Numbered from the stretch's first letter, positions 10,192 through 20,727 are shown. The stretch is 64,000 nt of DNA from an uncultured Acidobacteriota bacterium (GCA_963828465.1 CAWHEU010000002.1:32001-96000), one strand, 5' to 3'. Notes: generated by a model from the letters alone, not told the origin. Program-made: numbers and translations.

Positions 10192-10635
10192 CCGGCGCCC
10201 TTTTCGCCGTGGAGTCGCTCTGCCTCCTCGAGCGAATGCGATTCGGTGAGGTCCCGATCTCGGCGCGAGATCCACGAGTTGTCGGTAGTAACCATGGAGG
10301 ACATCGAGGTCGTCCTCGCTGAGCGCTTCCACGTCGATCAGCCGGTTGCTCGCCCCCTTGGTCGCCGCCACAAGCTCATTGAGCTTGAGCTCCATCGCCT
10401 TGCCGTCCTTGTTCTGAGTCTGCTGGATGAGGAACACCATCAGGAAGGTCACGATGGTGGTTCCGGTGTTGATGACGAGTTGCCAGGTGTCCCCGAATCC
10501 GAATAGTGGCCCGCTGACCGCCCAGACGATTATCACCAGCAGCGCGATGAAAAATGCCCAGGGTCTCCCTACCGCATGCGTGACACGTTGAGAGAACCTC
10601 TCGAACTTCTCCGTGAACCCGCCGTCATCCGCCAT
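10188..10635 (-). CDS. Low-affinity iron permease (Fet4-like) family protein, frameshift near 10265
   Basis: WQLVINTGTTIVTFLMVFLIQQTQNKD..LKLNELV signature; C-terminus continues in another frame to TGA at 10188. Confidence 0.88.
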
Positions 10636-10673
10636 GTCGCCTCCTGTCTCGATCCAGTCGATTCAAACCCAGA

Positions 10674-10704
10674 GTCAACACCCGGTCGGTGACCGGGTGT
10701 TGAC
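10674..10704 (-). terminator. Perfect 14-bp hairpin downstream of drrB-like gene
   Basis: GTCAACACCCGGTC-GGT-GACCGGGTGTTGAC. Confidence 0.65.
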
Positions 10705-10732
10705 CCATGGAGGGACCTGGCCTGTGAGAGCT

Positions 10733-11548
10733 TCAGCGGCGAGCGGCCCGCCTGTACTGCCTGATCGAGATCGGGACGAAGATGGCCATGATGATCACGA
10801 TCCAGATCAGGGTGTAGATGATCGGGTTTTGCAATGGCCAGGCGGTCGGCTCGGGAGCCCCGGCCGGAATGTTGCCGAACAGTTCACGCACCGCCTGGGT
10901 CAACGACGACACCGGGTTCCATTCGGCGAAGGTCTGCAGGGGTGCAGGCAAGCTCTCGAGCGGGACGAAGGCGTTGGACACGAACGTGATGGGGAAGATC
11001 ACCATGAATGAGGCGTTGTTGATCACCTCCACGCTCGGCACCAGCAGCCCGACATATGCCATCACCCAGGAGAAGGCGTAGGCGAACAGGAGAAGGAGGC
11101 CGAACCCCGCCGCCGCCTCGAGGAACGATGTCCGGATTCCCCACCCGACCAGGAGGCCGGTGAGGGCCATGATCGCGACGGAGAGGGCGTTGTAGACGAC
11201 ATCGCTCGATGTCCGACCGACGAGGACCGCCGATCTCGCCATCGGCAGCGAGCGGAACCGGTCGATGATGCCCTTCTGCATGTCGTCGGCCAGCCCGGCG
11301 CCAGTGAAAGTCGCCCCGAATATCACGGTCTGAGCCAGGATGCCGGCTATCAGGAACTCGCGGTAGACCTCCGCCGCCGCCCCGCTGGCCACCTCGATGG
11401 CGCCACCGAACACGAAGGCGAAGAGCAACACGAACATGATCGGTGAGAGCAGGACGAACACCAGGATCTCGGGGACTCGCTTGATCTTGATCACATTTCG
11501 CTTGGCGACGACGGCGCCGTCACCCAGTGCAGTCATCAGCTGGCTCAT
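10733..11548 (-). CDS. DrrB-like ABC-2 permease
   Basis: PIMFVLLFAFVFGG, DMQKGIIDRFRSLPM, EWNPVS; ATG 11548. Confidence 0.92.
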   Translation of the reverse strand: MSQLMTALGDGAVVAKRNVIKIKRVPEILVFVLLSPIMFVLLFAFVFGGAIEVASGAAAEVYREFLIAGILAQTVIFGATFTGAGLADDMQKGIIDRFRSLPMARSAVLVGRTSSDVVYNALSVAIMALTGLLVGWGIRTSFLEAAAGFGLLLLFAYAFSWVMAYVGLLVPSVEVINNASFMVIFPITFVSNAFVPLESLPAPLQTFAEWNPVSSLTQAVRELFGNIPAGAPEPTAWPLQNPIIYTLIWIVIIMAIFVPISIRQYRRAARR

Positions 11549-12556
11549 CGGCTGACCTCCTCGAGCTCTTCTTCCTTGGGTTTCTTCGATCTGCCGCCGT
11601 TGGACTCGAGCTCTTCCTCGGCGACGTGACCTGTCAATGTCAGGAACACATCGTCGAGTGTCGGGCGGCGCAGACCCACATCCTGGACGACGATCCCGCG
11701 CGCGATCGAGCTCGCGCAGCGCCTGGGTGAGGACCGGCGCCCCGCCGGCTATGGGCGCGGTCAGCCCTCGACTGTGATGATCGATCCGGATCTCACCGAC
11801 GGCGAAAGCGGCCAGGACTTCCTGAGCCGCTGTCACGTGGACCAGATCAGCCACGGTGACCTCGATCCGCTCGCCTCCGACCTGAGTCTTGAGCTGGTCA
11901 GCGGTGCCGTGGGCGATCTCATGTCCGTGATCGATGACCACGATGTCATCGGCCAGCTGATCGGCTTCTTCCAGGTACTGCGTGGTCAAGAGAAGTGTCG
12001 CCCCCTCCCTGACCAGGTCCCGGATCGTGTCCCACAGGTCGACCCGGCTCCTCGGGTCGAGACCCGACGAGGGCTCGTCGAGGAACAGCACCGGTGGCTT
12101 GGCGACCAACGCGCCGGCCAGGTCGAGTCGGCGGCGCATCCCGCCGGAGTAGGTCTTTACCGGCCGGTCGCCGGCTTCGGTGAGGTCGAATATCTCGAGC
12201 AGCTCCCGGGCGCGCTCGCGCGACTTGGCCTTCCCGAGGTGATAGAGACGGCCGATCATGTCCAGGTTCTCGAACCCGGTGAGGTGCTCGTCGACGGCGG
12301 CGTACTGGCCGGAGAGGCCGATCAGCCGGCGTACCGCTTTGGGGTCCTTCCTCACGTCGGCCCCGGCGACCATCGCCTGACCCTCGTCTGGCTCGAGCAG
12401 GGTGGACAGGATCGACACTGCGGTCGTCTTGCCGGCGCCGTTGGGCCCGAGCAGGCCAAGCACGACGCCCTCGGGGACGACGAGGTCGAGACCGGCCAGC
12501 GCGGTGACTTCCTTGTACCGCTTGACCAGACCCGATGCCTCGATCATGTTGGTCAT
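11545..12556 (-). CDS. DrrA-like ABC ATP-binding protein (frameshift near 11700)
   Basis: GPNGAGKTT, YSGGMRRRLD, LFLDEP, LTTQYLEEAD. Confidence 0.93.
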
Positions 12557-12590
12557 GGGTTTCTCCTCTTCCTGTATCGAGATCTTCAGA

Positions 12591-12623
12591 CAATCAGACC
12601 GGCGTCACCACCGAAACTCATCG
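12591..12623 (-). promoter_or_regulatory. SigG/ECF56-type promoter upstream of drrA-like gene
   Basis: CGATGA-N18-GTCTGATTG; same geometry at 22275-22307 and 23583-23615. Confidence 0.65.
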
Positions 12624-12659
12624 GTCCGGAGGACGAATCCCGATCGGCCCTGAGGACGA
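12621..12659. promoter_or_regulatory. Tandem 16-bp direct repeat (candidate response-regulator boxes)
   Basis: TCGGTCCGGAGGACGA (12621-12636) and TCGGCCCTGAGGACGA (12644-12659), 23-nt offset. Confidence 0.5.
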
Positions 12660-12846
12660 TTGGAACCCCGTCTCGTTGGGGGTGGACCTTCTCGACTCTA
12701 AGCAGTAATGCGGACAGGAACGGTCCGCAATGACCATAACTGCTCGAGCACGATAGGTAGCAACCGAATTCGGCGCCGGGGTATTTCCCGGTGCTGTTGA
12801 ACCTTTGGTGAACGTCTCGTTTCGGTCAGATGGACGGGTGTAGCCG

Positions 12847-13010
12847 CTAGCCCGAGCGGGCGAGGTCCTTTCGATCGATTGGGTGGCGGGAGAAGAAGGC
12901 AGCCAGACCCTGCGCAACAGCCTGCGGGTTCTGCACCAACATCAGATGCCCTGCTTCGGGTATGGACAAGCGCTCGGCTTGGGGAAACCTGATGAGAATG
13001 GAACTGCTCG
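12847..13010 (-). pseudogene. C-terminal remnant of an alpha/beta hydrolase
   Basis: RFPQAERLSIPEAGHLMLVQNPQAVAQGLAAFF (catalytic-His region); rest of the gene absent. Confidence 0.6.
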
Positions 13011-13077
13011 GGGACGTCCCGAAGGAATAGAGAGGGCCTTGAAAAACCTCGGAATCGGGCGACAAGGGTATGGAATC

Positions 13078-13099
13078 TGTCTGGGGTAGGTTGTAATCT
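13078..13099 (+). promoter_or_regulatory. PafBC/RecA-NDp-type DNA-damage promoter
   Basis: TGTCTG-N10-TAATCT versus TGTCGG-N10-TANNNT; 7 nt before ATG 13107. Confidence 0.6.
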
Positions 13100-13114
13100 C
13101 GAACATATGTTCGA
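13099..13114. promoter_or_regulatory. LexA SOS box
   Basis: Perfect palindrome TCGAAC-ATAT-GTTCGA overlapping the start codon. Confidence 0.85.
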
Positions 13115-14425
13115 TACTGAGATTCTGCCTTCTGATCTCGATCTTCTCGATGCGGAGTGGGATGACGACGATGGGCTGCCGGCTGATTTGGAGACGATTC
13201 CACCGGGTCTACTCCTGGCGGTGATCCTGTGCAGTCGGTGGATCGGGATCGGTTGTCTGGTTTTGACCGGGTGCGGCTGTTGAAGGCTGACCAACGGATG
13301 GTGGCTCATTTTCAGGCTCGGGTCTTTGCGGACATCCAATCCGTGTCCGAATCGGTCACCGTGAGTTGGAATTTCCGGACGATCTCGGCCCCCGAGACCT
13401 GTTCGAGACGGCTTCTTCCGAGATGCAGGCGGCGTTGCATCTGACCCGTCGTGCTGCCGACATCCAGGTCGACCTGGCCTACCAACTGAGAGAAAGACTC
13501 CCCAGAGTCTGGGAGGCACTACATCAGGGTCTGATCGATCTGGCTCGGGCTCGGATCCTTTCTGATCTGACTTCACCACTGCCCGAAGAACTGGCCCGGC
13601 AGGTAACTGAGACTGCCCTGGTGCGGGCACCTCATTGACTACCGGTCAACTGCGGGCTCATGTGCAGAGATTGATCATCACCGTCGACCCGGCCGCGGCT
13701 CAGGAACGGTATGAGCAGAGGTTGGAAGAGCGAAGAGTGTTCTCAGAACAGGGTGAGGACGGCACGGCCAATCTCCAGGGTCTCAACCTGCCTCCGGCGG
13801 AGACGACCAGGGCGATGAGACGGATCAACCGCCTCGCCCGAGCATTGAAAGCGAAAGGGGATGGACGGCGGATCGATCAGATCCGGGCCGACATCCTCTT
13901 GGACCTGCTCACCGGGAGGAACCAGGCCGAGCAGGGCTCGGACGGTGACCGGGGCGCGGTCGAGATCAGGGTGGATATGACCACTCTGGCCGGAATCGAC
14001 GATGAACCAGCAGAAATCCCTGGATGGGGTCACGTCGTTGCCGATGTGGCCCGTCACATCGTCGACGAAGCATCCGATGCGGAATGGCGGATCACCATCA
14101 CCGTCGACGAGAACGGCCAACCAGTCAGGTGTGGTCACCACCAGAAGAGACCCACCACCGTACAGAAACGGATCAAGTCGAAACCAGGAATCCGACCTGT
14201 GTCTTCCCCGGATGTCGCATGCCCGCCGCCGAATGTGATCTCAACCATGAGATCCCCTGGGCACAAGCCCACCGGACCACGATCAGAGAACTCGGACCAC
14301 TCTGTCGCCACAATCACAACGACCATCATCGCCACCGGTGGAAACTGAAACAGATCCGACCCGGCGTCTACCACTGGACCAGCCCACTCGGCCACACCTA
14401 CATCACCGGACCCGACCAGCCCTGA
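13107..14425 (+). CDS. DUF222 + HNH endonuclease (13E12-family-like), several frameshifts
   Basis: MFDTEILP.., RLPRVWEALHQGLIDLARAR, DGRRIDQIRADILLDLL, CVFPGCRMPAAECDLNHEIPW..LGPLCRHNH..WTSPLGHTY. Confidence 0.88.
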
Positions 14426-14429
14426 CCAG

Positions 14430-15588
14430 TCAGGCTCCCCTGACCCACACCCCGACCGTGGTCGGCCGGAGAGTGTCGGTCACCAGGTTCACCCAGTCCG
14501 AGGCCATTCGATCCGGGTCGACCTGATCCTGGAGATGGGATGAGAAGTCATCCATCACCTGTTCCATTTGGTATCGGGAGCGATAGAATCGGCGGTCCAC
14601 CCAGCGTCATCACTCTCCTGCGGACGGGTGCGAACAGCGCCGCTACCGCCAGGGTCGACCCGGCGACGAACAGGGGCGATTGCTCGCCGACGATGCGGGT
14701 GGGTAACCAGACCGCCCCAGCCACGTAGACGGCCCCGAGGATCAGAACCAGGAGTGCGTAGGAGACGGTCCTGCTGACGATCCGATCGAAGTCGTAAAGC
14801 CGGTAGCGGAGCACCGCCACCGCGATCGATGAAGACCAGGACCAGGACCCAGATCGCGAACAAGGCGTTGGCAGCTGGCTCGTTGCCGAGTTCATAGAGA
14901 ATGAGATTGAGTGCCATCCCGACGATCGAGATCGAGAGGGCGCCGGCGAACACCTTCATCTGCTGACGTTCGATGCCTGATGGATCGTCGAAAGCGCATG
15001 ATGGCGCTCACCACCGCTCCGCCGACCGCCGCCAGCATGAGTGCCAGCCCGAGCAGGGAGACCGTGTCGAAGACCTCCGCGGGCACAGGGCAGACCCAGA
15101 GGGAGTGCGATCTCGAACTGGGTGTCGCCGACGGTGACGAGCGTCGATTCCTAGAAGGCGTTGCCGAAGATCAGCATGGCGAGGCCGGCAAACATCACCG
15201 GCGTCACCCATCGGTATCGGGTGGAGAGCAGCCTGCCATCAGGGAATCTGAGCGGCAGTTGGACCAGGATCAGGCCCATGCTCAATGCCCATTGCCAGGT
15301 GCCGAACCAGACACCCCAGCTGGTGAAGGGCTCTCCGATTGCCGCCAACGATTCGCCAAGGACACCCAGGGTGAAAGTCAGGCCGAATCCGGCCAGGATC
15401 AGACCAACCGGGTTGCCCGGCACTCGCCACACCAGGTAGGCGCCGACAACGGCGGGCGATGTGAAGGCAAGCAGTCCCAGGATGTCAACCAAGAGGATCG
15501 GCTCTTCCGAATTCTGCACCGACATGTAGACGAACATGGCCAGTGCCACCAGACCCATCGCCACTCCGAGCCATCGTCGCCACTTCAT
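14430..15588 (-). CDS. Multi-pass membrane protein resembling histidine-kinase sensor modules, no kinase domain (paralog 1; frameshifted)
   Basis: RVPGNPVG, LRFPDGRLLS.R.RW, LRYRLYDFDRIVSRTVSY, VDRRFYRSRY..VGVWVRGA* (TGA 14430). Confidence 0.75.
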
Positions 15589-16783
15589 CGGGCCTCACCC
15601 CGCACCCACACTCCAACTCCCGATGGCTGCAGGGTTTTGGTGACCACGGTCGCCCAGTCGTCGGCGAGACGGTCGGCGTCGACCTGATCCCTCAAACGGG
15701 CGGCGAATCCCTCTGCGATCAGTTCGGCGTCATACGACGAGCGGTTGAACCTCCGATCGACCCACCGCATGACCCGTCGTCGCAACGGGTTGAACAGGGC
15801 GGCGACTGCGAGCGTCGATCCGGCCACGAACAGCGGAGTCTGCTCGCCGACGATGCGGGAGGGAAGCCACACCGCCCCGACTCCATAGACGAGGGCCAGG
15901 GCGCCGGCCAGGACTGCATAGGTGACGGTTCGACTGATGAGACGGTCGATCTCGAACAGCCGGTAGCGGAGGATGGCCAGGGTCACCGCGGCGCCGACAA
16001 AGATGCTGAACACGAAATTGAGGACGGAACCGAGCCAGATCGGGCCCCAGCCTTGCGTATCCACGGAGAAGAAGATCACTGCAACTGCCCCCACCCACAG
16101 CAGGACCTTGACCTGCTGCCGCTCGACGCCTTCTCCCCGGCGATAGCGGGCTACCAGCGAGAGCAGGCCGAGGACGATCGCTATCAATAGTCCAGGGACG
16201 ACCACAAACTGGAACACCGCGTTGATGAACTCACCCAAGGCTGGGATGCCCAGAGGATTGGGTGGCACGCCGACGATCGGTTCCGGCTCGACCAGGAAAG
16301 CGGCGGCCAAGAACGTGGCGACCACCGCGGCATTGGTGAACCAAAGCGCCGGTCGCCAGCGAGCCGAGGGCAGATGCCCATCCGGATAGAGCAGCAACAG
16401 GAATGGGATGCTGAATGAGCCTGGGATCCACAACCACAGCGACATCCAACCGACGAGGCCACGATCGGGATTGCACCCCAGCGGTCCATCCCAAAGCGAG
16501 CGAACTCGGAAGCGAGGCCCTCCACCGGAAAGGAGAGACCGGCCAAGAGGACCCACCAGCAAAACGCATTCCTCGGCTGGGAAAGCAGAAGACGCAGTCC
16601 GAGTGTTGCTATCGCCACGAAAGCGAGGTCCTCCATGGCTTGGAGCCAGGGGTTCGCTGCGTCGATCGGATCGACGACGGGGAGGTCGGCATTGGCGAAT
16701 AGCAGAGCCACCTCGACCACGTAGGCGAGGATCGTCACTACCCACAGGGCCCAGGCCAGCCGTCGCCGGCTCGGGTCACTCAT
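15585..16783 (-). CDS. Multi-pass membrane protein (paralog 2; frameshifted)
   Basis: LLYPDGHLPSARWR, ERQQVK, LRYRLFEIDRLISRTVTY, VDRRFNRSSYD..VGVWVR. Confidence 0.78.
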
Positions 16784-17933
16784 TCTTCATCCCCGAAATA
16801 GTGGCTCGGACTCGTCACGGGACCGTTACGGCGATCGATTTGCCCAAAAGACCGTGATATCGCTGCTCGACGTGATTCTTCAAGCGCCGAAATCGTCTTC
16901 TTGGGCAGCTTCCCGAAGGGTTGGAGTGCGATGCTCCCATCCTCTGTCTCCCAGGTACCCACGATCCGCCCGTTCTCCAGGATCACCGGTGCGATCCAGC
17001 CCGCGGCTTTGGACACCTTGTCGACTTTGCCTTTGGGGATGATGTACTCCCGATGGCTGAGAGGGGCCAAGGTGTATGGATCGAATCCGGGTAACAGATG
17101 AGCCCCCTCGGCCGGCCTCGGCCTTCGCCGCCGCCTTGGCGCCTTCCTTGGTCAGCCACCCCTGATGTCCCTCCGACCTCGACCGATACCAGATTCTCGA
17201 TGAGGGGCTCATCAGCTCTCGGCCGGTCTTCGGGTCGACTCCGAACCATCGGGCGAAGTCGCTGACCGTGGCCGGACCGTTGGCATCGAGAAACCGCTCG
17301 ACGACGACCCGCATCGCCTCCTCGGACCGGGCTCCTCAAGCGAGGCACCCAGCCAGGCGCCGGGATCGACAAAGGTGACATTGCGGCCACGGGGCGGTCC
17401 CTGGGCGAGGAGGCCCCGGTTGGCAGCCGGCTTCAGCACCTGACTCCAGCCGGATGAGAGGGCCTCACCCAGCCCGCGATCACGGGTCTTGGCGACCACG
17501 GCGGCGGTCAACTCCTCACGTGTCATCGGCTCACCGGACATGACCTTCGGGATCGCCCCGGTCAGGGAGTCGAGTTGAGACTTGCTTATCCCGTGGTATT
17601 TCTCCCAGGCTGGGGTGATCTTCCAAGGCCGCTGGCGAAGGGCGGCAATCCAGACGCCGATCTCCGATGCGGGCAGGAGATGGAGCGTTCCCCTCATCGC
17701 CCAGGTCTTCACGAGCCTCCGCTTCTCCCACAACAGATGCTCGATGTCGGCAAGACGCTTGCTCCTGATGGCGACTGCCTGCGCGGCAGAGGAGGCAACC
17801 TGCGCCTGGACGCCCCCAATCTTCGAGATGACCCGCACCGGGTCGGACCCGGGCGAATCGAGGAGCTGTTGACCCAGTCGCCAGGCGAGTGCCTGGTCCC
17901 AGCTGAGTTCGAGCGCAGGTTTCGTTGTGTCAT
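16780..17933 (-). CDS. AlkZ/HTH_42 winged-helix DNA glycosylase family protein (frameshifted; ends approximate)
   Basis: GGVQAQ, WAMRGTLHLL, FL..NGPATVSDFARWFG, ILENGRIVGTW. Confidence 0.85.
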
Positions 17934-17974
17934 CGTCAGGTAGTTTCGTGCTACCGCTTCCAACCGGAGACTCC

Positions 17975-18727
17975 ATGTGTTACAACGGCGATGCCCTACC
18001 GCCTGTCGATCCAATCGAGGGTGGCGCCTCGGGTAGCGACCTCGTGCTGGCCTCCGTCGACGGGAATCGGTTCGCCGCGTTCTCGGCCACCAGCGCCGAG
18101 AGCAAAGGCCCGGGCGTCGTCATCCTCCCGGACGTACGTGGGTTGCACCACTTCTACGAGGAGTTGGCGCTCCGTCTTGCCGAGCATGGCTATGACGCGG
18201 TGGCGATCGACTACTTCGGACGGACTGCCGGTGTGGGCAAGAGGAACGATGAATTCGCCTACAAAGAGCACGTCCCTCGGACCACTCTGAAAGGTGTGAC
18301 CGCCGACACCGCAGCTGCCGTGGCCTACCTCCGTGACTTCGACCCGACACGGTCGATCTTCACCCTCGGCTTCTGCTTTGGAGGATCCAACTCCTGGCAT
18401 CAGGCCGCAGCCGGGCACGGCCTCGCCGGGGCCATCGGGTTCTACGGGAACCCTTTGCGCCCACCGAAGGGACCGATGGAAGAAGTGAGCGATTTTGCCT
18501 GCCCCATCCTGGCTTTGATGGGTGGAGATGACCCCGGGATCCCGAACGAGGTGGTCGAGGGGTTCCGGCAGGCGATGGACAATGCCGGCGTGGAGAACGA
18601 GGTGGTCGTCTATTCAGATGCGCCCCACTCCTTTTTCGACCGGCAGCAGGAGAAGTTCGCCAGGGAGTCGGCCGACGCCTGGAGCCGGGTCCTCGAGTTC
18701 ATCGGTCTCCACGCCGAGAGCAAATGA
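17975..18727 (+). CDS. Dienelactone hydrolase family protein
   Basis: ILPDVRGL, GFCFGG, YSDAPHSF. Confidence 0.92.
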   Translation: MCYNGDALPPVDPIEGGASGSDLVLASVDGNRFAAFSATSAESKGPGVVILPDVRGLHHFYEELALRLAEHGYDAVAIDYFGRTAGVGKRNDEFAYKEHVPRTTLKGVTADTAAAVAYLRDFDPTRSIFTLGFCFGGSNSWHQAAAGHGLAGAIGFYGNPLRPPKGPMEEVSDFACPILALMGGDDPGIPNEVVEGFRQAMDNAGVENEVVVYSDAPHSFFDRQQEKFARESADAWSRVLEFIGLHAESK

Positions 18728-18790
18728 CGCTTCCCGGCGGAACGGTCACCTTTCTGTTCCTGGACATCGAAGGATCTCCGGTCTGGGCGC
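18724..18790 (+). pseudogene. N-terminal stub of a class III adenylate/guanylate cyclase-domain gene
   Basis: MTLPGGTVTFLFLDIEGS matches LPxGTVTFLFTDIEGST; similarity stops after about 18 codons. Confidence 0.6.
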
Positions 18791-18814
18791 TGAGCTGGCC
18801 GTTGCCGGCTGACG

Positions 18815-19252
18815 ATGGATGTCGACACATCCGACCTATGGACGTGCCCTTCATGTGGCAAGAGGTTTGTCACCCGAAACATGTCGCACTCGTGCGGTCC
18901 TCACACGGTGGAGCAGTTCATGGAGGGCAAGGGGCCGGTGGCTTGGGCCTACTGGGATCGGCTGCAGGAGGTGGTGGCGACCTGTGGCCCCTATTCCATC
19001 GTGGCCAACAAGAGCAGACTCGAGTTCATGGTCCGAGTCCGCTTTGCCGGCATGGACGCAGTCTCTGAACGGGGGATGAGCTTCTCGTTCTGGCTGAAAG
19101 AGCGTCTCGACAGCCCACGAATTCGCCAAAGTCGTTCTCTACGGCCGCACCGACTGGGTGCACCACATCGCGTCGTATCGCTCGACGATCTCGACGATGA
19201 GGTGCAGGGCTGGCTGTGCCGCTCTTATCAGGTCGGCTGTCAATTGGCTTGA
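18815..19252 (+). CDS. Conserved hypothetical protein, DUF5655-like, with N-terminal CxxC
   Basis: WTCPSCGKRF..HSCG, FMVRVRFAG, DLDDEVQGWL..SY. Confidence 0.7.
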   Translation: MDVDTSDLWTCPSCGKRFVTRNMSHSCGPHTVEQFMEGKGPVAWAYWDRLQEVVATCGPYSIVANKSRLEFMVRVRFAGMDAVSERGMSFSFWLKERLDSPRIRQSRSLRPHRLGAPHRVVSLDDLDDEVQGWLCRSYQVGCQLA

Positions 19253-19261
19253 TCGGCCTCA

Positions 19262-20727
19262 TCACCTGATCCGCAGCGCCTGGATGATCACCTGTCCGAT
19301 GTAGTTCTGTTCAACCACTCCGTGGAAGAGATGCGCCTGTGGTCCCGACGCATAGATCCCCACGTCTTCTCCTGAGTGGGTTTCGGACCCGAGAGGCACG
19401 AGCGAGGGCTGGTAGATAGTCGAGCGAAGTCGACATGGTCTCTCCACCCGCCGCCAGGTCGCTCCGACTCGAGGCAGCGCCCGGCCCGTTGGCGTATGAC
19501 AATGTGGTGTAAGGCAGACCGTCATCGCCGGTGCCGGCGATACCCAGGATGGCATGTCCCCGCTCGGGGTATCCATTGATCGTCAACGTATGACCATGAT
19601 CGGCAGTGACCACGATCAACGTGTCCCGGCCGGTCATGTCGAGCGCCGTCTGTACCGCATCGGAGAAGCGCGACGGTCTCGCCCAGAGCCCGGGCGGCAT
19701 TGCCCTCGTGATGGGCGTGGTCGATCCGGCCACCCTCGACGGTGAGGACGAATCCCCGCCGGTTTCGGCTGAGGAGCTCGATCGCCGTTTCGGTCATCTC
19801 GGCCAAAGAAGGCTCACCGGCGGAGTCGGCAGCCCGGTCTGCCTCGTACTCCATGTGACCGGTCTCGAAGAGGCCGAGGACCTGTCCCGCTCTTCGGGTG
19901 TTGATGTCGTTGAACTGGTCCGCGTTCCCAGAGCCAGTCGGCTCGCGGCCGCGCCGCCCACTCCTCGGCCAGATTCCGTCCATCACCGCGGGTTCCCGTT
20001 GCGCCGCCGTCTTCGGGATCGGCCAGGCTGTTGGGGAGAAAGAACTGGCGGCCACCTCCAAAGACGACGTCGATCCCGTTGCCATATGGAAACTCGACGA
20101 GCTGGCGGGCGATGTCGGGAAAGCCCTCACATGAGGCGATCCCGTCGGCGACGGACTCTGCGACCACGGTGTCATCCTCGAAATCCCGGTTCGGCGTCAC
20201 CGCATAGGACGCAGCCGGAGTGGCATGAGTGATCCGGGCGGTGCTGACGACGCCGGTGGAGAGCTTCATCTCTTCCGCCGCCATCAACCACGTCTTGAGG
20301 GCGTTCCCGGTGCCACAGATGCCGGGCTCTGCCGTCTCGTCCAGATTGATGACGTCGTTGTCGGTCTTGACCCCGGTCATCATGGCCGTGGCGGTGGGCG
20401 CCGAATCGGGCACCTGGAAGTCGGTGCTGTATGTCTTGGAGAGAGCGGTGTAAGGGAGCTCCTCGAAGGACAGCCACCCCTCCTCGCCCTCGGACAGGAT
20501 CGCGCCGCCGTGGCCGTCGAAATTCCCATTCCGTCGCCGACGAAGAGGATGACGTTCTTCGGACGCCGGTCGTTGCTGTTGAGATCAGCGTCGGCCACCG
20601 CCTCCCGGCTGGCGGCGAACCAGTCGTTAGCGGACTGTGAGGCGGGTAAGAGGCGGCTCGCGGCGATGGCTGAGCCAGCTCCAATGAAGAGACTCACCAC
20701 GACTGTGACAACGATCGAGCGTTTCAT
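19262..20727 (-). CDS. phoA: Alkaline phosphatase (PhoA family), several frameshifts
   Basis: Signal peptide, [55 protein letters not shown]. Confidence 0.93.

Noticed and set aside
9061-10635. Apparent Fet4-like permease-histidine kinase fusion (524 aa)
   Set aside because: The permease C-terminus continues in another frame to a TGA overlapping the kinase GTG, so a single indel explains the fusion
10733-12556. Apparent DrrA-DrrB fusion (607 aa)
   Set aside because: The junction is out-of-frame sequence; GGAGG and an ATGA overlap at 11545-11548 mark two genes
18247-18274. CGATGAATT...GTC resembling the SigG motif
   Set aside because: 19-nt spacer and located inside a CDS
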